A stretch of DNA of 33,542 nucleotides from Clostridia bacterium (GCA_017549925.1 JAFYNA010000042.1:1-33542), one strand, 5' to 3'; positions 8,699-17,054 are shown, numbered from the stretch's first letter. The notes: a model not told the origin generated them from the sequence alone. Program-made: numbers and translations.

Positions 8699-9516
8699 GC
8701 TTCAAACCCCAGGAGCATACCGCCCCTCTCTGCGTAATAGGCGCAAAGTCCTCTGCAATCGGCAACCGTAACGGCGGCACCTGCAAAGCGTTCCTTAATG
8801 AGCATAGCCAACTGCTCCGCCGCAGAAGGGTTTCCGCAATGGGTGATCCGCGCCTTGCCGCCGCGGTAGCCTTTTTCCTCCAAAAGCTTGATCAACGCGC
8901 TGAGGGTACGGCTTTCTCCCCGCACCTTCTCCAACAGCTCCAGCGTACCGTGATCGCTGGCTCTGCCCACGGCGCGAATGCCCAGCACGCCTGCGGTTTT
9001 TGCCGCCAGCTTGCTGACTCTGCCGTTGTTGGCAAAGTTTTGCAGGGATTCCAAAGCGAACAACAGCTCGGTACGGTAGGACTTCAGATCGGCGGCGATC
9101 TGCTTTAAGGTGCGCCCCTCCAGGATCCATTCCCGCGCCTTCTCCGCCATCAAGGCGATCTCAGGCCCTGCGGAAAGGGAATCCACCAGCTCCACCTTGC
9201 GGTGGGGGAAGGCTTCCTCGTACTGCTGTTTGGCGATGCGGGCGGAGTTATAGGTGCCGGAAATGCCGCTGGTGATGGTGATGCACAAAATCTCCTCGCC
9301 GTCTCCGAAGGCGGCCAGCCAATCCTCGGGATTGGGGCAGGAGGTGGTGGATCTGCCGCGGTAATTGTAGAGATGCTCTGCCATGGCTTTTACGTCCAGG
9401 TCTGCATCATCGATGAATTGCTCCTCTTGGGTAACGATCTTCAAGGGAGCAAAGGAAAAGGGAATTCCCTCCATTTCCGTCAGGTCGGCGGAGGAGTCCA
9501 AAACGAGTTTGATCAT
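8695..9516 (-). CDS. DegV/FakB-family fatty-acid-binding protein
   Basis: 'DSSADL', 'TTSCPNP', 'ITSGISGTYNSA', 'VDSLSAG', 'NNGRV' motifs; 4-nt overlap with the ligase. Confidence 0.9.
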   Translation of the reverse strand: MIKLVLDSSADLTEMEGIPFSFAPLKIVTQEEQFIDDADLDVKAMAEHLYNYRGRSTTSCPNPEDWLAAFGDGEEILCITITSGISGTYNSARIAKQQYEEAFPHRKVELVDSLSAGPEIALMAEKAREWILEGRTLKQIAADLKSYRTELLFALESLQNFANNGRVSKLAAKTAGVLGIRAVGRASDHGTLELLEKVRGESRTLSALIKLLEEKGYRGGKARITHCGNPSAAEQLAMLIKERFAGAAVTVADCRGLCAYYAERGGMLLGFEA

Positions 9517-9537
9517 AGGGAAACAAGTCCTTTCTGT

Positions 9538-9558
9538 TTCAGCACACTGTGTGCTGAA
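9538..9558. promoter_or_regulatory. Palindromic operator O3 (AGCACA-N3-TGTGCT)
   Basis: TTCAGCACAC-T-GTGTGCTGAA, a perfect 21-bp inverted repeat just upstream of the degV RBS. Confidence 0.7.
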
Positions 9559-9673
9559 TATTTTTTTGGAGCGGGTTACGCTCCGAAAATTTTAAGAGGT
9601 GCTGCAGGATTCACGGAAATGGTGGCTTCCGTTTGGGGGGGGGAGAACCCTGCAGCAAAAAAGGGGGGGAGAG

Positions 9674-9688
9674 GGCACACACTGTGCC
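9674..9688. promoter_or_regulatory. Palindromic operator O2 (GGCACA-N3-TGTGCC)
   Basis: Same 6-3-6 geometry as O1 and O3, just downstream of the predicted transcription start. Confidence 0.65.
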
Positions 9689-9700
9689 ACACTCGCGAGC

Positions 9701-9729
9701 ATTATAGCACAGAGTGTGCTGTTTGTCAA
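9701..9729 (-). promoter_or_regulatory. Consensus sigmaA promoter with operator O1 in the spacer
   Basis: TTGACA-17 nt-TATAAT on the minus strand; AGCACA-gag-TGTGCT at 9706-9720. Confidence 0.85.
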
Positions 9730-9803
9730 GTAGGGGAGAGAAATTTCTTTTGGGGGGGCAAAAAACGCCCGAGATCGGCATCCCTGGCGTTGGTTCTTGC
9801 GTT

Positions 9804-11129
9804 TTATTGCCACCGAGAGATCACGCGGCGGTAGAAGTCTACTGCGGCGGGGAGGGTGTTCAGATCTACGTTTTCGTCCTCACCGTGAACGCTGGCTAAC
9901 TGTTGCTTGTCGATACGGAAGGGCGCAAACCGCAGGCAATTGAGGGAAAGCCCGCCGAAGTAACGGCAGTCGCTGGCTCCGGTGGTTACGTAGGGCACGC
10001 TCCGCACCCCGGGGAAGATCTCCTCCACCGTCTGCTCAAGAAAGCGGAAGCCCTTTTCTCGGTGGTCGGTCAGCGGCGAACCTCCGCCGTCGGTGATTAC
10101 CTGAGTCTCAATGTCATAGCTTGCCGCCAGACGGGTGATGGCTTCCAAGGAAGCATCCCGCCCTTGGTGATGGGAATACCGCATATTGCCCACCACAAAG
10201 GCCTCGCCGGGAAGCACGTTTGCGCCTGCAGAGCCGCCGCACATGGTGAAGGCGAGAGTGGTCTTCAGCATGGCTCCCGCCGTGGGAGAAACAGCAGGCA
10301 TTACCTTCTTCATCAAGCCGCCGAACAGCCCCATATGCCCGCAGGCAAGCTTCATCACACCCTTCATGGTGGGGGCGAAGCGGCTCAGCATTTCCTTCAC
10401 CGCAGGGGAGAGCTTGGCGGGGAAGATCTTCCCCTTCTCTGCCTCTGCCATGAATTTTCCCAGCCGTACCAAGGGGGTATCCTTTCCCGGTGCGGAGGCG
10501 TGACCTCCCGCAGAACGGGCGGTGAATTTCAAGTTCATAAAACCCTTTTCCCCCACGCCGATCATGGCGAACTCGCCGTCCGCCCCGCCGATGGGGTCAT
10601 ACAGGATCATGCCGCCTTCGTCCAAGATCAGATCGAAGGTGAGCCCCAAACTTTGCAGATGCTCAGCGATCCTCTTGCCGCCGTAGCCGTCGGTTTCCTC
10701 GGTGCAGGCGGAGACAAAATAAACGTCCTGCATGGGGGTGAACCCCTCCGCGATCAGCTCCTCCGCCGCTCTCAGCATGGCAAAAAGCCCGCCCTTGGTG
10801 TCCAGCGTGCCTCTGCCCCAAACCTTCCCTTCGGCAATGGTGCCGGAGAAGGGCGGGTATTTCCATGTACCCGTGGCTTCCACCACGTCGTGATGGTTCA
10901 TCAGCAGAATGGGGAGGCGGTGCTCCTCACGACCTCTCCAGCGCAGAAGGATGCTGCCTTCAAAAAGAGACTCCTCCATAACAGAGAAAACTCCGGGGAA
11001 TTCCTCCCGCAGGACGTGGCGGAAATGATCGAATTCCTCTCCGCCGTGTATACCCTGCACCGAGATCGTCTCGCAACCGATCATGCGGGCAAGCTGTTTT
11101 CCGTATAGGTCTTGGCGTTCCGTTTCCAT
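9804..11129 (-). CDS. M20 family metallo-amidohydrolase/peptidase
   Basis: NHHDVV, GRGTLDTKG, EETDG, DEGG, GGHAS and HGEDE motifs. Start reassigned to ATG 11129 from RBS TAAGGAG. Confidence 0.9.
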   Translation of the reverse strand: METERQDLYGKQLARMIGCETISVQGIHGGEEFDHFRHVLREEFPGVFSVMEESLFEGSILLRWRGREEHRLPILLMNHHDVVEATGTWKYPPFSGTIAEGKVWGRGTLDTKGGLFAMLRAAEELIAEGFTPMQDVYFVSACTEETDGYGGKRIAEHLQSLGLTFDLILDEGGMILYDPIGGADGEFAMIGVGEKGFMNLKFTARSAGGHASAPGKDTPLVRLGKFMAEAEKGKIFPAKLSPAVKEMLSRFAPTMKGVMKLACGHMGLFGGLMKKVMPAVSPTAGAMLKTTLAFTMCGGSAGANVLPGEAFVVGNMRYSHHQGRDASLEAITRLAASYDIETQVITDGGGSPLTDHREKGFRFLEQTVEEIFPGVRSVPYVTTGASDCRYFGGLSLNCLRFAPFRIDKQQLASVHGEDENVDLNTLPAAVDFYRRVISRWQ

Positions 11130-11157
11130 AAGGGCGCTCCTTAGGTTTGATGGCTTT

Positions 11158-11186
11158 AGTATAGCACGGTTTTGGAAAAAAAGCAA
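11158..11186 (-). promoter_or_regulatory. sigmaA-type promoter (M20 gene)
   Basis: TTGCTT-17 nt-TATACT with extended TG. Confidence 0.6.
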
Positions 11187-11189
11187 GAG

Positions 11190-11222
11190 AAAAACGCTCC
11201 CTCAGCCAAAGCCAAGGGAGCG
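11190..11222 (-). terminator. Intrinsic terminator
   Basis: CGCTCCCT / AGGGAGCG stem followed by a U-tract on the minus strand. Confidence 0.6.
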
Positions 11223-11243
11223 CGATTTTCATAAAACGGTTAA

Positions 11244-12230
11244 TTAGTCAACCAGGGTCATACCAACGTATTCGCCGAAGTTCTTGTAACCGGTGATACC
11301 TGCGCCGAAGCAGATATACTTGTCGTTAGAACCGTCAGCGTCTTCGCTGATATCGATTTCCTCGGGGCAGCAGGTGAATGCGTAGCCGATCTTCACGCCG
11401 GTTTCAGCGGTGAAGGCTGCGCCGCCCTGCAGTGCGGACCACGGAATTCTCTGCTCGTAGTACTCCTTGTCGTAGCCGGAAACGCCGATTACGTACTGGA
11501 AGTCTGCGTTGGTGGTCAGAGCACCGAAGTGGTCTGCCTTGATGGGAGTGCCGTCGGGCTGAGCGGAGATGGACCACTCGGTACCCAGACCGGAGTTGTA
11601 AGCATCACCCCAGCCCCAAGACTCGCCGTCAGCGGGCTGATACTTGGGCATGCAGGGATCGCCCAGAACGATCGCGGACATCAGGTGACGACGATCGAAG
11701 ATGTAGGGACGGTTTGCAGTGAAGTCGGTGTTGTCATAGGTTCTGGGGTTACCAACCATAACCTCTACGCAGGTGTAAAGGTAGTTCTCATCCCAGCTCA
11801 GGTATACAACGGTCTCGTAAACGTCCAGGCCTTCGCCGATAGCGCCGTTAGCCCAGTGGAAGTCAAGCTCGTCGTACTCGATGATGGTAGCGTACTCGCC
11901 ATCCTCAACCTTACCGTCAACAACGGGAGCGGTGGTAGCCTTGCCGATCTCCAGCTCTTCGTAGGGGTTCTCTACGGGCTCTTCGGGCTCTTCCTCAGAA
12001 GACTCTGCGGGCTCTTCCTCAGAAGACTCTGCGGGCTCTTCCTCAGAAGACTCTGCGGGCGCTTCGGAAGACTCGGGAGCTTCCTCAGAAGACTCGGGAG
12101 CTGCAGAAGACTCGGTAGCGGGGGTAGAAGAAGCTGCGGGAGCGGAAGACTCGGTAGCCTCTTCAGTTGCGCAAGCGACCAAGGTAAACAGCATCATAAC
12201 TGCCAAGGTCAGTGCAAGAAGTTTTTTCAT
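11244..12230 (-). CDS. Lipoprotein with an acidic Ser/Glu/Pro linker and a CBM9/DOMON-like sugar-binding domain
   Basis: MKKLLALTLAVMMLFTLVAC lipobox. 'APVVDGKVEDGEY', 'YLSWDENYLY' and 'YEQRIPWSAL' are typical of CBM9-like domains. RBS GGAGG supports start 12230. Confidence 0.75.
   Translation of the reverse strand: MKKLLALTLAVMMLFTLVACATEEATESSAPAASSTPATESSAAPESSEEAPESSEAPAESSEEEPAESSEEEPAESSEEEPEEPVENPYEELEIGKATTAPVVDGKVEDGEYATIIEYDELDFHWANGAIGEGLDVYETVVYLSWDENYLYTCVEVMVGNPRTYDNTDFTANRPYIFDRRHLMSAIVLGDPCMPKYQPADGESWGWGDAYNSGLGTEWSISAQPDGTPIKADHFGALTTNADFQYVIGVSGYDKEYYEQRIPWSALQGGAAFTAETGVKIGYAFTCCPEEIDISEDADGSNDKYICFGAGITGYKNFGEYVGMTLVD
11984..12060. repeat. 24-bp coding tandem repeat, 3 perfect copies plus a partial copy (PAESSEEE)
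   Basis: CGGGCTCTTCCTCAGAAGACTCTG x3; degenerate copies continue to about 12165. Confidence 0.95.
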
Positions 12231-12309
12231 CTTGTTTTCCTCCATGTTTTTTTGAGGATCGTATGCCAGAAACAAGAAAGCGGCATACATCCAATTTTTA
12301 GGTTATCCT

Positions 12310-12338
12310 ATCATACCACGAAACCGTATTTTTTTCAA
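12310..12338 (-). promoter_or_regulatory. sigmaA-type promoter (CBM9-like lipoprotein)
   Basis: TTGAAA-17 nt-TATGAT with extended TG. Confidence 0.6.
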
Positions 12339-12414
12339 TCGTCAAAGTGCAATAATGTTGCCATCTCTTTTCGTGCGTTTTGCCTAATTGTAATGCTTTG
12401 TTTACAATGCGGAC

Positions 12415-12452
12415 AAAAACCCGACGGAAGAGCCTGTTCCGTCGGGTCTTTT
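12415..12452. terminator. Intrinsic terminator
   Basis: ACCCGACGGAA / TTCCGTCGGGT 11-bp stem with A and T flanks. Confidence 0.8.
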
Positions 12453-12461
12453 CGGACATAT

Positions 12462-12896
12462 TTAGAGATAACTGCGGATATCCACTGCCAGTTTTTCCTC
12501 CAGATTGATCAGCCGTTTGGCGATGTCCTTGGAGGGTTCGTCTGCCGCCTTGTACTGGTTGAGATAGCGGTTCAAGGATTTCACGCCCATGTTACAGCCG
12601 TCGGTGATCAGGTCTGCGACGGTGGCGTCGGTTTCCTCCAGCCCCAGCTTCATGCCGGTCTTCATTTTGGACATTCCCTTGGCGATAGGGTTGGGAGATT
12701 TTCCCTCGTCTCCGTACTGATCCAGCATGGACTGCAGCTCTGTGCCCAGCTTATCGTGCTGTGTGCGGCAGTCGGTGAGGATGGTTTTCAACCGTTGGGA
12801 TCGCACCGCGCCCAGCACGTCCTGGATGGAGGAGATCCCCATTTGGATGCCCGCGTCGCATTCCCTCAGCAGGCGGATGGTGTCTTGCTCTACCAT
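12462..12896 (-). CDS. Conserved clostridial hypothetical protein, helical (ferritin-like bundle suspected)
   Basis: 144 aa, RBS AAAGGA; 'LLRECDAGIQMG' and 'ADLITDGCNMGVKSL' pattern. Confidence 0.75.
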   Translation of the reverse strand: MVEQDTIRLLRECDAGIQMGISSIQDVLGAVRSQRLKTILTDCRTQHDKLGTELQSMLDQYGDEGKSPNPIAKGMSKMKTGMKLGLEETDATVADLITDGCNMGVKSLNRYLNQYKAADEPSKDIAKRLINLEEKLAVDIRSYL

Positions 12897-12958
12897 AAAA
12901 GTATCCTTTCTTTGTTTCTTTGTTCAAGAATAGGATACCCTGCCGCAGAGGGTTTTAA

Positions 12959-15568
12959 TCATTCCGTTACGGTGATCTTGATGGTAATGGTCTTGCTTTC
13001 GCCGCCTTGGTTACGGAAGGTGATCTTGATCTCGTCCTCTCCCTTGTAGCCTCTCATTGCCAAATAGTTCAACGTGCCGTCTTGGTTCAGACGTACCGCA
13101 CCGTAAATGGGCGTGGCGGCGAACTGCACCGTACAATCGGGAAGCGCACCGATCTCCATGTCCACACGCTTGCCGTTTTGCACGGTGAGGGTGTGATCGG
13201 TAAAGCCGTCAAGACTTACAGGCTCCTTGATGCGGGGGTCGTAATCCAAGGTTCCCTGCACGTAGGCCACGGTTGTTTCGTAGATCGTCTTGTGGTAGGG
13301 CGTTTCATCCCCGCGGTAGACCACGTAAGCGCCGGGAACAGGGCCTTGGTAGTAGGCGTTGATGGAGTTCATAAAGCCGTATTCGTATCCCGTGCCCAAG
13401 TATTCCAGATACATCTCCGTGGATTCCTTACTCTGCTTGTTGGGCTCGATCTCGATCTCAATGCCTACACCGTAAAGCTTTGCCAGCTCCGAAATGGTGT
13501 TAAGACGGGTGGGCTCGGTGGGGTTGAACATATAGTTGGGCTGCCAGCAGGTGATGTCAAAGCCGTAATAGTGGTTGTGCCAGATACCGTTGAGGTAAGA
13601 GTAATAGGGACACCACAGAGAGAGATAGCCAAGGCTGTGAATGTAGTCGTTGAAGGCGATAGCCGCTTCGATGTCGTGGGCAGGATCGGGGGCCCAGTGG
13701 TTGGGACGGAGGTTTTCCACCTGCCAATAGAAGCCCGCTAAATAGATGTTCTGGTAGTTCTTGGCGTTGAAGGCACTGACCGCTTCGTCCACCATCCATT
13801 TCAGACATTCGATATAATCCTGGGCGGTGGTGATGGTCTTGCCGTTAAAGGTGTCGCCGATGATGGGACAGTTGACGGAGATAAAGGCGGGGGACTTCAC
13901 GGAAGTACCCTTTTCCTTGTTGATCCGTGCCACGGCGGCATCCATGGCGTCCATGTTCACACCGTCGCGGAATACCTCCGAGAGGAACCAGGAGTAGCCC
14001 TCGTTGCGGTTTGCGTACCAGCTGAGAGAGCCGCGGGTGGTAAAGCCGATGGAATCAAAGAGGGTCTTGTCGGCCTTGCCGTCTTCTCCCACGGTGGTGA
14101 GGTAGTGGTAGGCAGTCTCCTCGGTGATCACGTGGTAGCCCTCGCAGACCTCGCCGTAATCGTCGCCCACGCCTGCCCAGAGGATATCGCTGATGCCGAA
14201 TTCCTCGGGATCGGGGTATTTTCCGTAGGGGTTGTCCTGCTGTTCCACGGCGGGAACGGCGCCTGCGGGGTTCTTGGTGCCGTAGACCTGGAACTCACCC
14301 ATGTATACCGAGCTGGAAATGGAGTTATCCGGCACGGTGGGGAAGGTGATTCGCACGTATCTTGCTAAATATTTACCTGCAAAGTTGCAGTTGCGGGTAT
14401 CGTTGACTCGCTGAGAAACGCCGTATTCCGGGTTATGCTCTGCAAAAACGGTAACCCAATCCGTGCCGTTTTCGCTGAGGCTGATGTAATATACCGGCGG
14501 GGTGGCCACGCCCCAGGTGTACTTATCCCAGAAAGAGACCACGCATTTATCCACTGCCATCACGGCGCCCAGATCCGCCACCACGTGGCGACCGGTTCCG
14601 CGGTAGAACTGGAAATAGGAGCTTCCGTGAAGCTCGCCGTCGTTGAGCAGATACAGCTTGTCTCTGCCGCTGTTGCTGTGCCCTACGAAGAAGGGATCGA
14701 AGTGCTGGATCTGATAATCCACCCCGGAGAGGGCGGCTAAGTTCTGATAGGTGTCGTAGTCCTTGTCGGAGGGGTTGGCAGAAACGGAGGAGGCACCGGT
14801 ATTCAGGTTGTATTCATAGAAATCGCTGATGGTGTTGCGGTAGTCCACCGCCTCGCCCGCTACGATCTCCAAACGACCCTCGGGAGAATATTCGTAGGCC
14901 ATGATCTCGTCCACCAGCAGAAGTCCGCTGCCGGAGAGGGTAAAGACTACCCGCAGGTAGTTGGCCTTCAATGCCTTGGGGAAGGCGAAATAATAAACGT
15001 ACTTGGTGGTAGGCTCCAGGCCGTCGGGTGTATGGATCTTGCCCACGTCCACGAAGGTGGTGCCGTCGTCGGAGGCCTGCACCGTTACCGTAATGGGCAG
15101 GTAATAGCCGTAGTCCTTGGTCATGGCACAGCCCACAGACAGATCGTGAATGGAAAAATCCTTTTCCGTCAGATCAAAGGTGACTTTTACGGAGTCGGTT
15201 CCGCTCCAGCCTGCGTAGGTGTTGCTTCCGTATACCACGTCCATTTGGTTGCAGTCGGTGAGACGGCCGCCGTTGGCATCGGGATATTTGCTGTCGGTGG
15301 GACGGTTTACGGTATAGGGGAGATCCATAAACACATTGTTGGCTTTTTGGGTTCTGTCGATCTCATCGGTCATAAAGCCGTCGATCAACGCTACCTTTTC
15401 GCTGATGACAAAGGTATCTTCTTCGCTGCTTTCCTCGCTTACCTCGGGAGTGCTTTCGGCGGCGGAGCTTTCCTCCGGTGCGGTGGAGGGGACGGCAGGT
15501 GCCGCGGCACAGCCCCACAGAGCCAGCGCAAGACAGAGGGCGAGAAGACGAATCACGTGTTTTTTCAT
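12959..15568 (-). CDS. Large lipoprotein: two discoidin/F5-8C-like domains, a DUF4855-like domain and a C-terminal Ig-like domain
   Basis: LWGC lipobox; 'VQASDDGTTF' and 'ISLSENGTDW' discoidin motifs; 'LAGFYWQVE', 'LWCPY', 'FDITCWQPNY' and 'GIEIE' DUF4855-like motifs. Start moved to 15568. Confidence 0.75.
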   Translation of the reverse strand: MKKHVIRLLALCLALALWGCAAAPAVPSTAPEESSAAESTPEVSEESSEEDTFVISEKVALIDGFMTDEIDRTQKANNVFMDLPYTVNRPTDSKYPDANGGRLTDCNQMDVVYGSNTYAGWSGTDSVKVTFDLTEKDFSIHDLSVGCAMTKDYGYYLPITVTVQASDDGTTFVDVGKIHTPDGLEPTTKYVYYFAFPKALKANYLRVVFTLSGSGLLLVDEIMAYEYSPEGRLEIVAGEAVDYRNTISDFYEYNLNTGASSVSANPSDKDYDTYQNLAALSGVDYQIQHFDPFFVGHSNSGRDKLYLLNDGELHGSSYFQFYRGTGRHVVADLGAVMAVDKCVVSFWDKYTWGVATPPVYYISLSENGTDWVTVFAEHNPEYGVSQRVNDTRNCNFAGKYLARYVRITFPTVPDNSISSSVYMGEFQVYGTKNPAGAVPAVEQQDNPYGKYPDPEEFGISDILWAGVGDDYGEVCEGYHVITEETAYHYLTTVGEDGKADKTLFDSIGFTTRGSLSWYANRNEGYSWFLSEVFRDGVNMDAMDAAVARINKEKGTSVKSPAFISVNCPIIGDTFNGKTITTAQDYIECLKWMVDEAVSAFNAKNYQNIYLAGFYWQVENLRPNHWAPDPAHDIEAAIAFNDYIHSLGYLSLWCPYYSYLNGIWHNHYYGFDITCWQPNYMFNPTEPTRLNTISELAKLYGVGIEIEIEPNKQSKESTEMYLEYLGTGYEYGFMNSINAYYQGPVPGAYVVYRGDETPYHKTIYETTVAYVQGTLDYDPRIKEPVSLDGFTDHTLTVQNGKRVDMEIGALPDCTVQFAATPIYGAVRLNQDGTLNYLAMRGYKGEDEIKITFRNQGGESKTITIKITVTE

Positions 15569-15673
15569 GCTGGTGTCCATTCCTTTCGTAGCAGGGTTGG
15601 CGGAGAAATTCACTTTTTTCTCCTGCTGTTTTATAAGTATATCACGCTTTTCTCGAAAAAGAAAGAGTTTTTG

Positions 15674-15702
15674 TTGACTTTTTGAACGAAATATGATATA
15701 AA
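15674..15702 (+). promoter_or_regulatory. sigmaA-type promoter (GNAT gene)
   Basis: TTGACT-17 nt-TATAAA with extended TG. Confidence 0.55.
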
Positions 15703-15800
15703 TATTAAGAAAATGTCGAGGATGCCCGCGGTGGGGGCGGCATCTGCGCGGAAATCCGTTTGCCCATAAGGCAGACTGCGAAACGAAACGGACAGAATTT

Positions 15801-16925
15801 ATGAGCGTTACACTCAAGGAAGTGCAGACCCAAAAAGATCTGAAGAACTTTGTAGAATTTCCCAATCGCTTGTACAAAAAGAACCCTTGGTTCGTTCCCT
15901 TTTTGGGGGCGGACGAGCGGGAGACCTTTACCCCCGGGAAGAACCCCGCTTACGCCTTTTGCGAGACGAAGCTGTTCTTGGCCTACAAGGACGGCGTTCT
16001 TGCAGGCAGGATCGCGGGGCTGATCAACCATGCCTACAACAAGAAGTGGCAGCAGAATGCCATTCGTTTTACCCGCTTTGATTTTATCGACGATTATGCG
16101 GTTTCCGCCGCCTTGTTCACTGCCGTGGTGGCTTGGGGCAAGGAGCGGGGCTTCACCCGCATCATGGGGCCCATCGGCTTTACGGACATGGATCACGAGG
16201 GAATGCTGGTGGAGGGCTTCGAGGAATTCAATATGTCCATCACCTTCTATAACCATCCCTATTACTTGGATCACATGGAGAAGCTGGGCTTGGTGAAGGA
16301 TATTGATTGGATCGAGTTCCGCATCAACGTGCCGGAGGAGCCGGACGCCCGTATCCGCAGGATCGCCTTGCATCAGGAGAAGAAGTACGGCTTGACCCGC
16401 GTGATTTACCACGACCGCAAGACGCTGTACAAGGATGCTTTTGAGGCCTTTGACCTTATCGACAAGGCTTTTTCCGTGCTGTACGGCACGGTGCCCTTGA
16501 CCCCCGAGGTGATCAAGAACGTGATCGACAACTATATCCCGCTGGTCAAGCCGGAGTATATTTGCTCCGTGAAGGACGCGGAGGGGAAGATCGTGGGCTT
16601 TGGCGCATTGGTGCCTTCCATTGCCAAGGCATTGAAGAAAAGCGACGGCAAGCTGTTCCCCTTGGGGATCTTCCGTATGCTGAAGGCGTTGAAGGGGAAG
16701 AACGATACCCTGGAGATGTACTTCGTTGCCGTGGATCCCACTTATCAGATGAAGGGCGTTCCCGCTATCATCATTGATGCCTTGACCGAGACCTTGATCG
16801 AGGGCGGTGTCAAGTATTGCGAGACAGGCCCTCAGCTGGAGACCAACGGCGCTGTCCACAGTATGTGGGGGCAGTTTGAGAAACGTCAGCACCGCCGCAG
16901 ACGTTGCTATGCAAAGGAAATGTGA
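15801..16925 (+). CDS. Tandem-GNAT N-acyltransferase of the YghO / bacterial ceramide synthase-like family
   Basis: 'FVEFPNRLYKKNPWFVP', 'KNPAYAFC..KLFLA...GRIAGLIN', 'GPIGFT...GMLVEGF', 'YNHPYY' and 'LETN' motifs. Confidence 0.75.
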   Translation: MSVTLKEVQTQKDLKNFVEFPNRLYKKNPWFVPFLGADERETFTPGKNPAYAFCETKLFLAYKDGVLAGRIAGLINHAYNKKWQQNAIRFTRFDFIDDYAVSAALFTAVVAWGKERGFTRIMGPIGFTDMDHEGMLVEGFEEFNMSITFYNHPYYLDHMEKLGLVKDIDWIEFRINVPEEPDARIRRIALHQEKKYGLTRVIYHDRKTLYKDAFEAFDLIDKAFSVLYGTVPLTPEVIKNVIDNYIPLVKPEYICSVKDAEGKIVGFGALVPSIAKALKKSDGKLFPLGIFRMLKALKGKNDTLEMYFVAVDPTYQMKGVPAIIIDALTETLIEGGVKYCETGPQLETNGAVHSMWGQFEKRQHRRRRCYAKEM

Positions 16926-16933
16926 GTTTATTC

Positions 16934-16963
16934 GAGCCGTGCTGAACCGCGCGGCTCTTTTTT
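16934..16963 (+). terminator. Intrinsic terminator
   Basis: GAGCCGTGC / GCGCGGCTC stem followed by T6. Confidence 0.75.
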
Positions 16964-16999
16964 CGCCCTTGGGTTGAGAAAAACTGGCGCACGCCGTTG

Positions 17000-17028
17000 T
17001 TGCTTTTTTGGACTTGGAGTGGTACTCT
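17000..17028 (+). promoter_or_regulatory. Possible sigmaA-type promoter (XRE gene)
   Basis: TTGCTT-17 nt-TACTCT with extended TG. Confidence 0.45.
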
Positions 17029-17054
17029 TAAGAAAACGAAAGGAGAAGAACAGT

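Noticed and set aside
9600-9657. SRP RNA, tRNA or a known riboswitch
   Set aside because: It lacks the SRP helix-8 GGAA loop motif, cloverleaf and T-loop signatures, and any riboswitch consensus I recognise. Retained as an unknown structured leader.
11984-12060. 24-bp repeats as a CRISPR or phase-variation switch
   Set aside because: No spacers, and the unit length is a multiple of three, so it only changes linker length.
15569-15877. Long N-terminal extensions in the ORF track (also 26195, 30688, 16974, 17712, 11186)
   Set aside because: They cross promoters or neighbouring genes, and downstream starts have clear RBS and signal peptides or family-typical N-termini.
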